Assembly (NCBI GenBank): GCA_041659205.1
Contig: JBAZYS010000004.1
Span: 587 to 64,586, forward strand
Length of the DNA: 64,000 nt
Direction of reading: 5' to 3'
Source: Minisyncoccota bacterium
GTDB lineage: Bacteria > Patescibacteriota > Minisyncoccia > Phycocordibacterales > UBA9973
The notes beneath the pieces were generated by a model, which was not told the origin of the DNA, made no database searches, and worked only from the letters and a program-made list of their open reading frames with translations. This document shows positions 1 to 8,920 of the stretch, piece after piece (positions within the stretch are counted from its first letter, which is position 1; each line of letters begins with the position of its first letter). A program made the translations under genes and the position numbers.

Positions 1-215
1 AAGGTCCACATTTGCATATTCATTTATACGGAAGAGCAAAAAGTGCAAAGATTCAAAAATGGGGAGATGCTTGTTATTTTCCACAAATAGATACAGGTTT
101 TTATGATTCCTTTGAACCACTTAATGATAATGATATTGAAGAGATTAAAAAAGAAATTGAGTTAATTTTAAAAAAAGAGAAATATCAGGATCAATATTGG
201 CATTTATAAATTTTT

Positions 216-485
216 ATGGAAGAAAGAATTCAAAAATTAGAAAAAGAAGTTGAACTTATTAAAGAGAGAAATTTAAGGGTGGAAGCTGATAAAGCCTGGG
301 AGACAAGTTATTTTCGCGTGTTACTTATTTCAGTAATTATTTATTTAATTGCGGTAAAAGTTTTATATTTTATTGGAACAGGAAATTATTTTTTGAATGC
401 CCTTGTTCCACCAATAGGATATTTTATTTCTGTTCAATCTTTGCCTTTTATTAAAAAGTGGTGGATTAAAAATTTTACTAAGTAA
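216..485 (+). CDS. hypothetical small protein with N-terminal coiled-coil and C-terminal transmembrane helices
   Basis: ORF track. KE-rich N-terminus followed by two hydrophobic segments. No recognised family. Confidence 0.35.
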   Translation: MEERIQKLEKEVELIKERNLRVEADKAWETSYFRVLLISVIIYLIAVKVLYFIGTGNYFLNALVPPIGYFISVQSLPFIKKWWIKNFTK

Positions 486-512
486 AAAAACAACCCCAGC
501 TTTTTGCCGGGG
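484..512 (-). terminator. Rho-independent terminator for the 537..1025 gene (also directly downstream of the + strand ORF 216..485)
   Basis: On the minus strand: CCCCGGC-aaaaa-GCTGGGG stem-loop (7 bp with one G-U pair) followed by TTGTTTTTTT. Confidence 0.6.
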
Positions 513-536
513 CGTGGGTGGGTGATTGATGATGGG

Positions 537-1025
537 CTAGTTGTGGTTCTTGAAGAGATCAGAGATATCGACAAAATGAATCGAAAGGCTGATGCCTTCT
601 CCCGGGTGACCATCCCTGGTGCCCATGCAGATGGGGTCGGCGTAGTGGATCGCCCAATCCTTGCATACGCTGAAATTGTGGTTATTCTGGAGGTTGAGCT
701 CGCTACACGTAGCGAGCCAGAAAAAATCGTACAGATTCCGAATCTCTTGGATGGAAGATTGAATTTCATCGTCGAGAGCAGCGTTTTTCTCCTTTGTATT
801 TTTGCTGAGCATCTCCAGGTCAATTTTGTTGATCCTCTCCTCGAGGTTTTTCTGGGTGCGAGAAATGTAGGCCCAGAGCCATCTGAGCGGCTCGGGAAGA
901 ATCCCAACAAATTTTCCACCATTTTGAGTAGGAGGCTTCAATCTTGCCGCTTCCTGGCTGAGCTCCTTACGGGTAACAGATGAGGTATAAACCTCAAGGT
1001 TTTGGATAAATTTCAAATCGCGCAT
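537..1025 (-). CDS. hypothetical protein in a GC-rich (~50% GC) patch
   Basis: Strong RBS (AGGAGAatacATG) immediately upstream of the ATG at 1025. Terminator hairpin downstream. The overlapping opposite-strand ORFs (434..922, 504..983) lack such signals. No recognisable family. Confidence 0.5.
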   Translation of the reverse strand: MRDLKFIQNLEVYTSSVTRKELSQEAARLKPPTQNGGKFVGILPEPLRWLWAYISRTQKNLEERINKIDLEMLSKNTKEKNAALDDEIQSSIQEIRNLYDFFWLATCSELNLQNNHNFSVCKDWAIHYADPICMGTRDGHPGEGISLSIHFVDISDLFKNHN

Positions 1026-1257
1026 GTATTCTCCTGTGTTGTGGAATCTCGTCCACGATCAAAGCTACAGGGTTTTTTGATGGTAGCACAATACGAACCT
1101 AGAAATGCAAGATTCACATTGTGCCGCCATCAAAATATTTTTTTCCCAATTATTAAAGAACCATAATTAGTAAACACAGTAGCATTCAAAATGTCACATG
1201 TCAATAAGTATAATATCAATGTTATTTCATAACATTTTTTTATGCTAGAATATAAAA

Positions 1258-2910
1258 GTGAAAAATATAGCCAAAAATATGACTAAAAATACAGCTGAAG
1301 TTTTTGTGAAATGCCTTGAAATAGAGGGAATTTCCTATATTTTTGGTGTTCCGGGTGAAGAAAATTTAACCTTTCTAGAAGCCGTTAGAAATTCAAAAAT
1401 TAAATTTATTACCACTCGCCATGAACAAGCTGCTGTCTTTATGGCTGCAACGGTAGGCAGACTTACGGGTAAAGTTGGCGTAGCCCTTTCTACGCTTGGT
1501 CCCGGGGCAACGAATCTTTTTACTGGTGTCGCTCATGCACAGCTTGCGGGGATTCCACTTCTAGTTATCACAGGACAGAAGCCAATTAAAAAAAGTAAGC
1601 AAGGGCAATTTCAAATTATTGATATTGTAAAGATGATGACTCCGGTTACTAAGTATTCTGCTACGATTGTTTCTGGTGAGAGGATGCCGAGCATGGTTCG
1701 AGAAGCAATGAAGCTTGCCTTAGCAGAGCGTCCTGGGGCTGTTCACTTAGAATTACCTGAAGATATTGCACTTGAGGTTTGTGAAATTCCACCTCTTGTC
1801 CCATACATCATCCGTCGTCCAAATGCAGATACGAAAGCAATTTCTGAAGCTTTGAAGTGTATCGAAGAATCAAAACATCCAATTATTATTTTAGCTGCAG
1901 GAGGGAATAGAAAACTTGTTCGTAAACAATTAAAAGTATTTTTAGATAAAACTGGGATACCATTTGTCTCAACTCAAATGGGTAAGGGTGTTGAAGATGA
2001 AAGTTCCTCTTTGTATATTGGTACCACCGCTCTTTCTGCTGGAGATTATGTGCACAAAGCCTTAACTTATGCAGACCTAGTTGTCATGATTGGGCATGAC
2101 ATAAGTGAAAAGCCCCCAATTACTTTAAATGGAGAAAATTGTAAAGTCATTCATATAAATTTCAGCCCTGCAGAAGTTGATGATGTTTATATTCCGACGC
2201 ATGAAGTTGTCGGTGATATTTCCCACACCCTCTGGTCATTTACTGAAGACATAAATATTAATCCTTCTTGGGACTTTAAATATTTCTTTAAAATGAGAGA
2301 TATTTTAAAAAAGGACATTATGCAGTTTGCTAATTCAACAGAATTTCCACTTCGACCTGAACATGTTGTTTCTGACATTGGTAAAGTAATGCCAAGTGAC
2401 GGTATACTCGCTCTAGACAATGGAATGTATAAAATTTGGATTGCTAGGAATTATGTATGCAAAGAGCAAAATAGTATCCTGTTAGATAATGCACTTGCGA
2501 CCATGGGTGCAGGTTTACCTTCGGGAATTGCGGCGAAGATGATTTATCCTAATAAAAAGGTTTTAATCGTCTCTGGTGATGGTGGAATAATGATGAGTAT
2601 CGCTGAGATAGAAACAGCAGTGAGACTGAAGATTGATTTAGTAATTCTAATTTTGAACGATTCTGGTTTTGGAATGATTCGCTGGAAACAAAAAGACATG
2701 AAATTACCTCATTTCGGTCTTTCTTTTAATAATCCAGATTTTGTAATGTTAGCAAAAAGTTTCGGTGCAATTGGACATAAAGTTAAAAGTGCAAAAGATT
2801 TAGCTCTTGTGCTGAAGAAAGCATTAAATTCAAAAGGAGTGCACGTAATTGATTGTCCTGTTAGTTACGATGCAGCCAATAAGTCATTAGGTCTTATTAA
2901 AAATAAATAA
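1258..2910 (+). CDS. thiamine-pyrophosphate-dependent enzyme, acetolactate synthase large-subunit/2-ketoacid decarboxylase family. The true start is possibly the ATG at 1278.
   Basis: The N-terminal TPP-enzyme pyrimidine-binding region (GISYIFGVPGEENL) and the C-terminal GDG(G/A)xxM TPP-binding motif (SGDGGIMMS) are visible in the translation. Length ~550 aa. Confidence 0.8.
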   Translation: MKNIAKNMTKNTAEVFVKCLEIEGISYIFGVPGEENLTFLEAVRNSKIKFITTRHEQAAVFMAATVGRLTGKVGVALSTLGPGATNLFTGVAHAQLAGIPLLVITGQKPIKKSKQGQFQIIDIVKMMTPVTKYSATIVSGERMPSMVREAMKLALAERPGAVHLELPEDIALEVCEIPPLVPYIIRRPNADTKAISEALKCIEESKHPIIILAAGGNRKLVRKQLKVFLDKTGIPFVSTQMGKGVEDESSSLYIGTTALSAGDYVHKALTYADLVVMIGHDISEKPPITLNGENCKVIHINFSPAEVDDVYIPTHEVVGDISHTLWSFTEDININPSWDFKYFFKMRDILKKDIMQFANSTEFPLRPEHVVSDIGKVMPSDGILALDNGMYKIWIARNYVCKEQNSILLDNALATMGAGLPSGIAAKMIYPNKKVLIVSGDGGIMMSIAEIETAVRLKIDLVILILNDSGFGMIRWKQKDMKLPHFGLSFNNPDFVMLAKSFGAIGHKVKSAKDLALVLKKALNSKGVHVIDCPVSYDAANKSLGLIKNK

Positions 2911-2922
2911 AATAATTAAGTT

Positions 2923-4290
2923 ATGGCAATTCAATCAAAAAATCCTGCAACACTTGAGGTCACAAAGAGTTTTGATGAACTAAGTGATACTGCTTTAGAA
3001 CAGAAAATTTCTAATGCATATAATTTTTTTCATAGCTGGAAAAATACTTCTTTTAATGAACGTGCAAAATTATTGCATGCCCATGCTAAATATCTTCGAG
3101 CACATGCAGAGGATATGGCCATACTAGCTAGTATCGAAATGGGTAAGACAAAAAAAGCTGGAATTACTGAAGTTGAAAAATGTGCTTTGGTTTGTGATTA
3201 TTATGCAGACAATGCAGAGAGCATGCTTGCAAATCAAAAAATTGAATCAAATGCCAAAGAGAACTATGTATCTTTCGAACCCCTTGGTGTCGTGCTCGCT
3301 GTAATGCCTTGGAATTTCCCATATTGGCAAGTATATCGTTTTATCGCGCCAGCCTTGATGGCAGGGAATGTGGGGCTCTTGAAGCATGCTTCGAACGTAC
3401 CCCAATGTGCGGAAGCTATAGAAAAGGCATTTTTAGAATCAGGTTTTCCAAAAGAAGCTTTTCAAAATTTATTCATTAGTTCAGCTAGAGTTGAGAAAGT
3501 AATCCGTGACCCTCGTGTTATGGCTGTCACTCTAACTGGCAGTGAAAATGCAGGGAAAAGTGTAGCATCCATTGCTGGTAGTGAGATAAAGAAAACAGTC
3601 CTTGAGCTTGGTGGTAGTGATCCATTTATTGTATTAGAAGATGCAGATATAGAATCTGCTGCAGAAAATGCAATGATAGGAAGAATGCAAAACAATGTGG
3701 GGCAGAGCTGTATCGCTGCAAAAAGATTTATTGTTTTAGAATCCGTTGCAGAAAAATTTACAAAGGCACTTCTAAATTATTTTTCAAAACTAGTTATTGG
3801 TGACCCACTTTCACTAGAGACCAATGTCGGTCCACTTGCGACTGAACAAGGTCTCCTAGAGGTAGAGAGACAAGTTAATGAATCAGTAAAGAAGGGAGCA
3901 AAGATATTATATGGTGGGAAAAGAATAGGAGATAAGGGATATTTCTTTGAGCCGACAATTTTAAGTAATATATCAAAAGGAATGCCTGTCTACGACGAAG
4001 AGACATTTGGGCCGATAGCACCTATCATTGTCGTTTCGAGCATTGATGAAGCTATAAACGTCGCCAATGATACTTCATTCGGGCTAGGAGCGACCATATT
4101 TTCTAAAGATATAGAGAATGCAAAGAAGTTAGCTACAAAGATTGAAGCAGGGAATGTATTCATCAATGGCTCCGTGCGGTCTGATCCACGTGTACCATTC
4201 GGTGGAATAAAACATTCGGGTTATGGACGGGAACTTTCGGATTATGGTATAAAAGAATTCGTTAATATTAAAAATGTTTATATCGTTTAG
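2923..4290 (+). CDS. NAD(P)-dependent aldehyde dehydrogenase (succinate-semialdehyde dehydrogenase-like family)
   Basis: ALDH-family motifs are present: ELGGSDP (catalytic Glu region), CIAAKR (catalytic Cys region), FGPIAPI and PFGGIKHSGYGRE. Length 455 aa. Confidence 0.85.
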   Translation: MAIQSKNPATLEVTKSFDELSDTALEQKISNAYNFFHSWKNTSFNERAKLLHAHAKYLRAHAEDMAILASIEMGKTKKAGITEVEKCALVCDYYADNAESMLANQKIESNAKENYVSFEPLGVVLAVMPWNFPYWQVYRFIAPALMAGNVGLLKHASNVPQCAEAIEKAFLESGFPKEAFQNLFISSARVEKVIRDPRVMAVTLTGSENAGKSVASIAGSEIKKTVLELGGSDPFIVLEDADIESAAENAMIGRMQNNVGQSCIAAKRFIVLESVAEKFTKALLNYFSKLVIGDPLSLETNVGPLATEQGLLEVERQVNESVKKGAKILYGGKRIGDKGYFFEPTILSNISKGMPVYDEETFGPIAPIIVVSSIDEAINVANDTSFGLGATIFSKDIENAKKLATKIEAGNVFINGSVRSDPRVPFGGIKHSGYGRELSDYGIKEFVNIKNVYIV

Positions 4291-4300
4291 AAAATAATAT

Positions 4301-4972
4301 ATGGAAAAAAATTATAAATACTTAGGTGCAATTAGTGTCTTTTTTGTTTCGGTTTTACTTATTTCAAATGTTGCCTCGACCAAGATTGTTGATTTAAAAT
4401 ATTTTATTTTCGATGGGGGAACTTTACTTTTCCCTCTTTCATATATTTTTGGAGACATTCTAACTGAGGTTTATGGTTACAAGAGGTCTCGAGGTATTAT
4501 CTGGCTCGGTTTTTTTATGGCTCTACTTATGTCTATTATATTTATCGTAGTAGGTAAGTTGCCTGCGGCAATAGGCTGGGATAACCAGGCGGCTTATGAT
4601 GCAATACTTGGATTAACTCCTAGAATAGTGGCAGCGAGTTTGATTGCATATTTCTTTGGTGAATTTTCAAATTCTTTTATTCTCGCAAAGATGAAAATCT
4701 TAACTAAGGGTAAATGGCTCTGGACTAGAACTATCGGCTCGACTGTCGTCGGAGAATTAGTAGATAGTGCACTTTTTATTGTGATTGCATTCCTTGGAAT
4801 TTTACCAAATTCTCTACTTATAACTTTGATAGTCTCTAATTACTTATTTAAAACTGGTATCGAAATATTATTTACACCTATAACTTATAGGGTAGTAAAG
4901 TTTTTGAAGAAAAGAGAAAATGAGGATTATTATGATAATAATACCAACTTTAATCCATTTGTAGCAGAATAG
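4301..4972 (+). CDS. queuosine-precursor transporter (YhhQ/VUT family) membrane protein
   Basis: Six-TM protein of 223 aa with the conserved FPLSYIFGDILTEVYGY segment typical of YhhQ/DUF165. Confidence 0.75.
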   Translation: MEKNYKYLGAISVFFVSVLLISNVASTKIVDLKYFIFDGGTLLFPLSYIFGDILTEVYGYKRSRGIIWLGFFMALLMSIIFIVVGKLPAAIGWDNQAAYDAILGLTPRIVAASLIAYFFGEFSNSFILAKMKILTKGKWLWTRTIGSTVVGELVDSALFIVIAFLGILPNSLLITLIVSNYLFKTGIEILFTPITYRVVKFLKKRENEDYYDNNTNFNPFVAE

Positions 4973-4976
4973 TATT

Positions 4977-5318
4977 TTATTCTTCTTTTTCAAACATTTG
5001 TAAGACCCAGTTTACAATTCCGAGTACAATACCGAACAAGAATGCCCACCAAAAACTTTTTACTGTAAATCCTGGTACGATATAACTTGCGAGCATAACC
5101 AGAAAACCATTAATAAATAATACTGAAAGACCGAGGCTCAATACTGTTAAGGGTAACGTTAGAAAAACAAGTATTGGACGTAAAATTGCATTAATGGCAC
5201 CGAGAACCACTGCCAAAACAAGTGCGGCTACTATCCCTGTTACATGTACTCCTGGTAATATATATGCTGTAACTAATATAGCGAGAGCAGAAACAATAAA
5301 ATGTATTAATGTTTTCAT
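4977..5318 (-). CDS. 4-TM membrane protein of the phage-holin-4_2 / DUF360 superfamily
   Basis: 113 aa. Four hydrophobic helices. Gly/Leu-rich pattern typical of the DUF360 family. Confidence 0.55.
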   Translation of the reverse strand: MKTLIHFIVSALAILVTAYILPGVHVTGIVAALVLAVVLGAINAILRPILVFLTLPLTVLSLGLSVLFINGFLVMLASYIVPGFTVKSFWWAFLFGIVLGIVNWVLQMFEKEE

Positions 5319-6154
5319 AATTTATTAATTATACCACTTAAGTTTTTGGATGCATCTAACCATTTAATTTCTCTATCTCTTTTAAACCAGGTCATCTGCC
5401 TTTTTGCATATTTGAGTGTTTCAGTTACAACTTTTTCATAAGTTGGTTCATTGTATTCAAAGCCGAATTCCTTAAGTCTTTTGTCCGAAATACCCTTATT
5501 TTTAAGGCTTTTTATCTCTTTAAGTAATCCGGCTTTAAACATAGCTTTAACTCTTTTCTTAATTTTCTTTTTTAATTTTTCCTCTGGTAAATATAATCCA
5601 ATTTTTACAAATTTATACATAGGTTTAATCTCTGTCATTTCAGGAACTTTACCTAGTGCTTTTGCTATTTCTATTGCTCTCATAAGTCTTACTTTATTTT
5701 TAACATCAATATTTTTAGCACGCCTTTGATCAAGTTTTCTTAATATTTTCAAGAGTTCCATTTCAGTTTTTTTCTCTAGAATCTTACGTAGTTTTATGTT
5801 TGGAGGAACTTCAGGGAAAACTATACCTTTCACAATTGCATCAATATAAAATCCCGTTCCTCCACAAATGATTGGAGTCTTGCCTCGAGCTAAAATTTCA
5901 CTTATCTTTTCCTCCGCAAGTTTTTTATATTCTGTGACTGTAAATTTATGTTTGAGGTTTGCCACGTTCAGCAAGTAATGGGGAATACCTTTCATTTCTT
6001 TTTTGGATATTTTACCTGTTCCAATATCTAGGTTTTTATAAACTTGTCTAGAATCTGCAGAAATAATCTCTCCACTAACCTTCTTGGCAATTTTAACAGC
6101 CAGAGAACTCTTCCCTGTAGCTGTCTGTCCTAATATCACAATAACTTTTTTCAT
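5315..6154 (-). CDS. miaA: tRNA dimethylallyltransferase
   Basis: N-terminal P-loop GQTATGKS, then ADSRQVYKNLDIGTGK typical of MiaA. Overlaps the next gene by 4 nt. Confidence 0.9.
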   Translation of the reverse strand: MKKVIVILGQTATGKSSLAVKIAKKVSGEIISADSRQVYKNLDIGTGKISKKEMKGIPHYLLNVANLKHKFTVTEYKKLAEEKISEILARGKTPIICGGTGFYIDAIVKGIVFPEVPPNIKLRKILEKKTEMELLKILRKLDQRRAKNIDVKNKVRLMRAIEIAKALGKVPEMTEIKPMYKFVKIGLYLPEEKLKKKIKKRVKAMFKAGLLKEIKSLKNKGISDKRLKEFGFEYNEPTYEKVVTETLKYAKRQMTWFKRDREIKWLDASKNLSGIINKL

Positions 6155-6161
6155 ATTATTA

Positions 6162-6268
6162 AATTATGACATAACTTTTCGTAGGGGTTTTGCGAGTGAC
6201 GACGAGCAAACTTCAGGATTCTTTAAGCTTCAAAGAATCCGTACCGTAGAAGAGTTGATGTCATAATT
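6162..6268. repeat. copy 1 of a ~95-nt structured intergenic element (candidate ncRNA) with a closing inverted repeat
   Basis: Core 6175-6258 is ~85% identical to 17028-17111. It is flanked by the 11-bp inverted repeat AATTATGACAT / ATGTCATAATT (6162-6172 / 6258-6268). Internal 9-bp hairpin GGATTCTTT-aagcttc-AAAGAATCC (6216-6240). Confidence 0.6.
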
Positions 6269-6273
6269 GCTTA

Positions 6274-7605
6274 TTATTTTAAAATTTTAATATCTGCACC
6301 GATTGAGTTTAGACGTTTTGCTATTTCTTCATAGCCACGATTTATCATATAGACATTTCGGAGAATTGATGTTCCAGGAGCTCCAAGCATGGAAATAAGG
6401 ATAACCATCGATGGACGAAGGGCTGGAGGACATACCACCTGAGTTGCTTTAAGCGGTGTCCCACCTTGAATATAAAGACGATGTGCATCTGTTAGGCTTA
6501 CATTTGCTCCAAGTCGATTTAGTTCCGTCATATATATCATACGAACCTCATAGAACCAATCATGAATCATTGTCTGACCCTTTGCTTTTATTGCAATAGG
6601 TACAAAAAATGGCAGGTTGTCGATATTTATTCCAGGATAAATATTCGCATGTATTTTGTCTTGCAATGCTATCAATTTACTTGGGAATATTTCTATGTCT
6701 GCGAGTTTTGTACGGCCGTTGTAAGAATAATATCTCTTTAAAACTTTAAATTTCAAATGCATCCTGCGTAATTTTTCAAGCTCTAAAGAAAGGAAATCAA
6801 TTGGGCATCTGGTGATGGTAAGCCTTGAGTCTGTAACAATGCAGGCTGAGATAAACATCATGGATTCAATAGGGTCTTCGCTATTCCAGTATTCAACATT
6901 TTTATTTATTTCACTAACTCCATGAACAATTAAAGTGGAAGTTCCCACTCCGTCAATCTTTACTCCAAGGGTCTCAAGAAAGAAACAAACTTCTTGAACC
7001 ATATAATTATTACTCATGAAGCTTATTGTGGTATCTCCTTTGATTAAGGCTGCAGCAAATAAAGTATTTTCGCACGCAGTTTCTCCAGTTTCATACATAA
7101 CTATTTCTGCGGGTTTTAATTTTTTTGCAGTAATTTCATAGCTTTCACTAGTCGTTTTAATTTTTATGCCAAGTTCTTCTAGTGCATAAATATGAGCGGC
7201 AATTGTGCGTTTACCTAGATTACAACCTTGAGCGTGGGGCAATGAAAAGGATGGAATATGGTGTACCAATGATCCTATCAACATTACAACAGAACGAGTC
7301 CTAATAGATGACTCTACATTAATGTTTTTTAAATTAAATTTTTTCGGTGGAGTTATTTTAACAGTATTTTTATCCTTCCACTCAACACTTACTCCAATGC
7401 TTTCTAAAATTTCAATTACTCTATTTACTTCTTCGATTCTTGCAATACCATGAAGGGTAGTTGTGCCCTTATTTAAAAGTGAAGCACAGAGAAGGCCCAC
7501 AGATCCGTTTTTAGAAAAGTTCGTTTTAATACTTCCGCTCAATTTTTTTCCTCCATTTACTTCGAAATCAATTGAACTGCTTAATTGTATTTTTTTATTT
7601 TTCAT
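6274..7605 (-). CDS. murA: UDP-N-acetylglucosamine 1-carboxyvinyltransferase
   Basis: 443 aa EPSP-synthase-fold enzyme. N-terminal and central regions are typical of MurA (catalytic Cys region GCNLGKR). Confidence 0.9.
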   Translation of the reverse strand: MKNKKIQLSSSIDFEVNGGKKLSGSIKTNFSKNGSVGLLCASLLNKGTTTLHGIARIEEVNRVIEILESIGVSVEWKDKNTVKITPPKKFNLKNINVESSIRTRSVVMLIGSLVHHIPSFSLPHAQGCNLGKRTIAAHIYALEELGIKIKTTSESYEITAKKLKPAEIVMYETGETACENTLFAAALIKGDTTISFMSNNYMVQEVCFFLETLGVKIDGVGTSTLIVHGVSEINKNVEYWNSEDPIESMMFISACIVTDSRLTITRCPIDFLSLELEKLRRMHLKFKVLKRYYSYNGRTKLADIEIFPSKLIALQDKIHANIYPGINIDNLPFFVPIAIKAKGQTMIHDWFYEVRMIYMTELNRLGANVSLTDAHRLYIQGGTPLKATQVVCPPALRPSMVILISMLGAPGTSILRNVYMINRGYEEIAKRLNSIGADIKILK

Positions 7606-7624
7606 GGCTTTAAACTTTCAGCTT

Positions 7625-7644
7625 TGTGCCCGGGGAGAGAATCG
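7625..7644. repeat. 20-nt direct repeat of the tRNA-Leu 3' end (T-arm plus acceptor 3' strand)
   Basis: tgtgcccggggagagaatcg is identical at 7625-7644 and 7738-7757 (inside the tRNA-Leu gene). Confidence 0.8.
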
Positions 7645-7739
7645 GCTATTACATAGCCAGGTGATTTTCGGCTTCATATTATTCAGCAACGAAAATCCTT
7701 TCGATTCTCCCACGTAAACAAATAAATTTGTTTACTCTG

Positions 7740-7823
7740 TGCCCGGGGAGAGAATCGAACTCTCATGTTGTTGCCAACAATAGATTTTGAGTCTATCGCG
7801 TCTACCAATTCCGCCACCCGGGC
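7740..7823 (-). tRNA. tRNA-Leu (anticodon CAA), long variable arm, no encoded CCA
   Basis: Reverse complement reads GCCCGGGTGGCGGAATTGGTAGACGCGATAGACTCAAAATCTAT...GAGAGTTCGATTCTCTCCCCGGGCA. Cloverleaf has a 7-bp acceptor stem, anticodon loop CTCAAAA, a 15-nt variable arm and T-loop TTCGATT. Confidence 0.85.
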
Positions 7824-7897
7824 AATTCACACATTCTACACAAAATATGCAGTAAAATCAATTGTTAAAAACGAGGTCTATATGCTAAAATAGTTTT

Positions 7898-8920
7898 ATG
7901 TCTAATTTATATTCCAATTCAATTTTCTGGATTGATACTGATAAAATTAAACCAAATCCTTATCAACCAAGGCGTGATTTCGACGAAGCCAGACTTCAGG
8001 ATTTGGCTGATTCTATCAAGCAATACGGTGTCCTTCAGCCCCTCATTGTGTCTAGGGTTGAACTAGAAAAAGAAGGTGGTGGGCTCGTTACTGAATATGA
8101 ATTAATAGCAGGAGAACGTAGACTTCGTGCTGCAAAACTTGCTCAAGTGTCTCAGGTGCCTGCGGTCATCCGTCAAGGAGATACGAGCATAATGAAGCTT
8201 GAGCTCGCAATTATTGAGAATTTACAAAGAGAAGATCTGAATTCTGTTGATCGTGCACGAGCCTTTTTTCGTTTAGTAAGTGAGTTTAAGTTCACACATG
8301 CAGAAATTGCAAAAAAGATGGGCCGAAGTAGGGAATACGTATCTAACTCTTTACGCATCTTAACCTTGCCTGAAGAAATTTTAAATGCTTTATCAGAAGG
8401 CAAGATTACTGAAGGCCACACCAGACCAATTTTAATGCTCGTAGATCATCCAGAAGAGCAGTTAGTCTTGTTTAAGGAAATTTTATATAAGAAAATAACT
8501 GTTCGTGAAGCAGAGAGGTTAGCTCGAAAAATTGCTTATGATCGCGTACGTAAGAAAGAATTCATGCCTGACCCAGAGATTAGTGAACTTGAGGAAGAGT
8601 TTCAGGAAAAGCTTGGCACTCGTGTTCACATTGATAGACGTGAGCTTGGTGGGCAAATTAAAATTGACTTTTTCTCTACAGAAGATCTACGTACTATCTT
8701 AGATTTAATTCACAAGGGTGCAATTGAAAAAAGACCTGGTGAAATGTTAGAAAATTACATTGCCCAAAATACTGTTAATGAGACAGTTCCGTCAGGTGCC
8801 GCACATCCTATAGAGGGAGAGGTCGCTATAGCAGAAGAGAATCCAATCGACGATAGAACTAAAGATGAAACAGAAAAAGACGATACTGACCTGTACAATA
8901 TTTCTAAATTTAGTGTTTAA
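7898..8920 (+). CDS. parB: chromosome partitioning protein ParB/Spo0J
   Basis: ParB N-terminal box GERRLRAA and an HTH region. 340 aa. Confidence 0.85.
   Translation: MSNLYSNSIFWIDTDKIKPNPYQPRRDFDEARLQDLADSIKQYGVLQPLIVSRVELEKEGGGLVTEYELIAGERRLRAAKLAQVSQVPAVIRQGDTSIMKLELAIIENLQREDLNSVDRARAFFRLVSEFKFTHAEIAKKMGRSREYVSNSLRILTLPEEILNALSEGKITEGHTRPILMLVDHPEEQLVLFKEILYKKITVREAERLARKIAYDRVRKKEFMPDPEISELEEEFQEKLGTRVHIDRRELGGQIKIDFFSTEDLRTILDLIHKGAIEKRPGEMLENYIAQNTVNETVPSGAAHPIEGEVAIAEENPIDDRTKDETEKDDTDLYNISKFSV

Noticed and set aside
434-983. ORFs 434..922 (-) and 504..983 (+) overlapping the 537..1025 (-) gene
   Set aside because: No RBS or terminator of their own. They arise because the patch is GC-rich and stop-poor. 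The 537..1025 frame has a canonical AGGAGA RBS and a downstream terminator.
5451-5729. 92-aa + strand ORF inside miaA; also 2187..2420, 3462..3695, 9355..9543, 9866..10198, 11283..11504, 12810..13346 and similar antisense ORFs
   Set aside because: Each is embedded antisense within a confidently identified gene and shows low-complexity translation.
7644-7737. Treating the 93-bp spacer between the tRNA-Leu repeats as a mini-island with cargo
   Set aside because: It is too short to encode anything. Only a hairpin is present. Reported only as an integration footprint.
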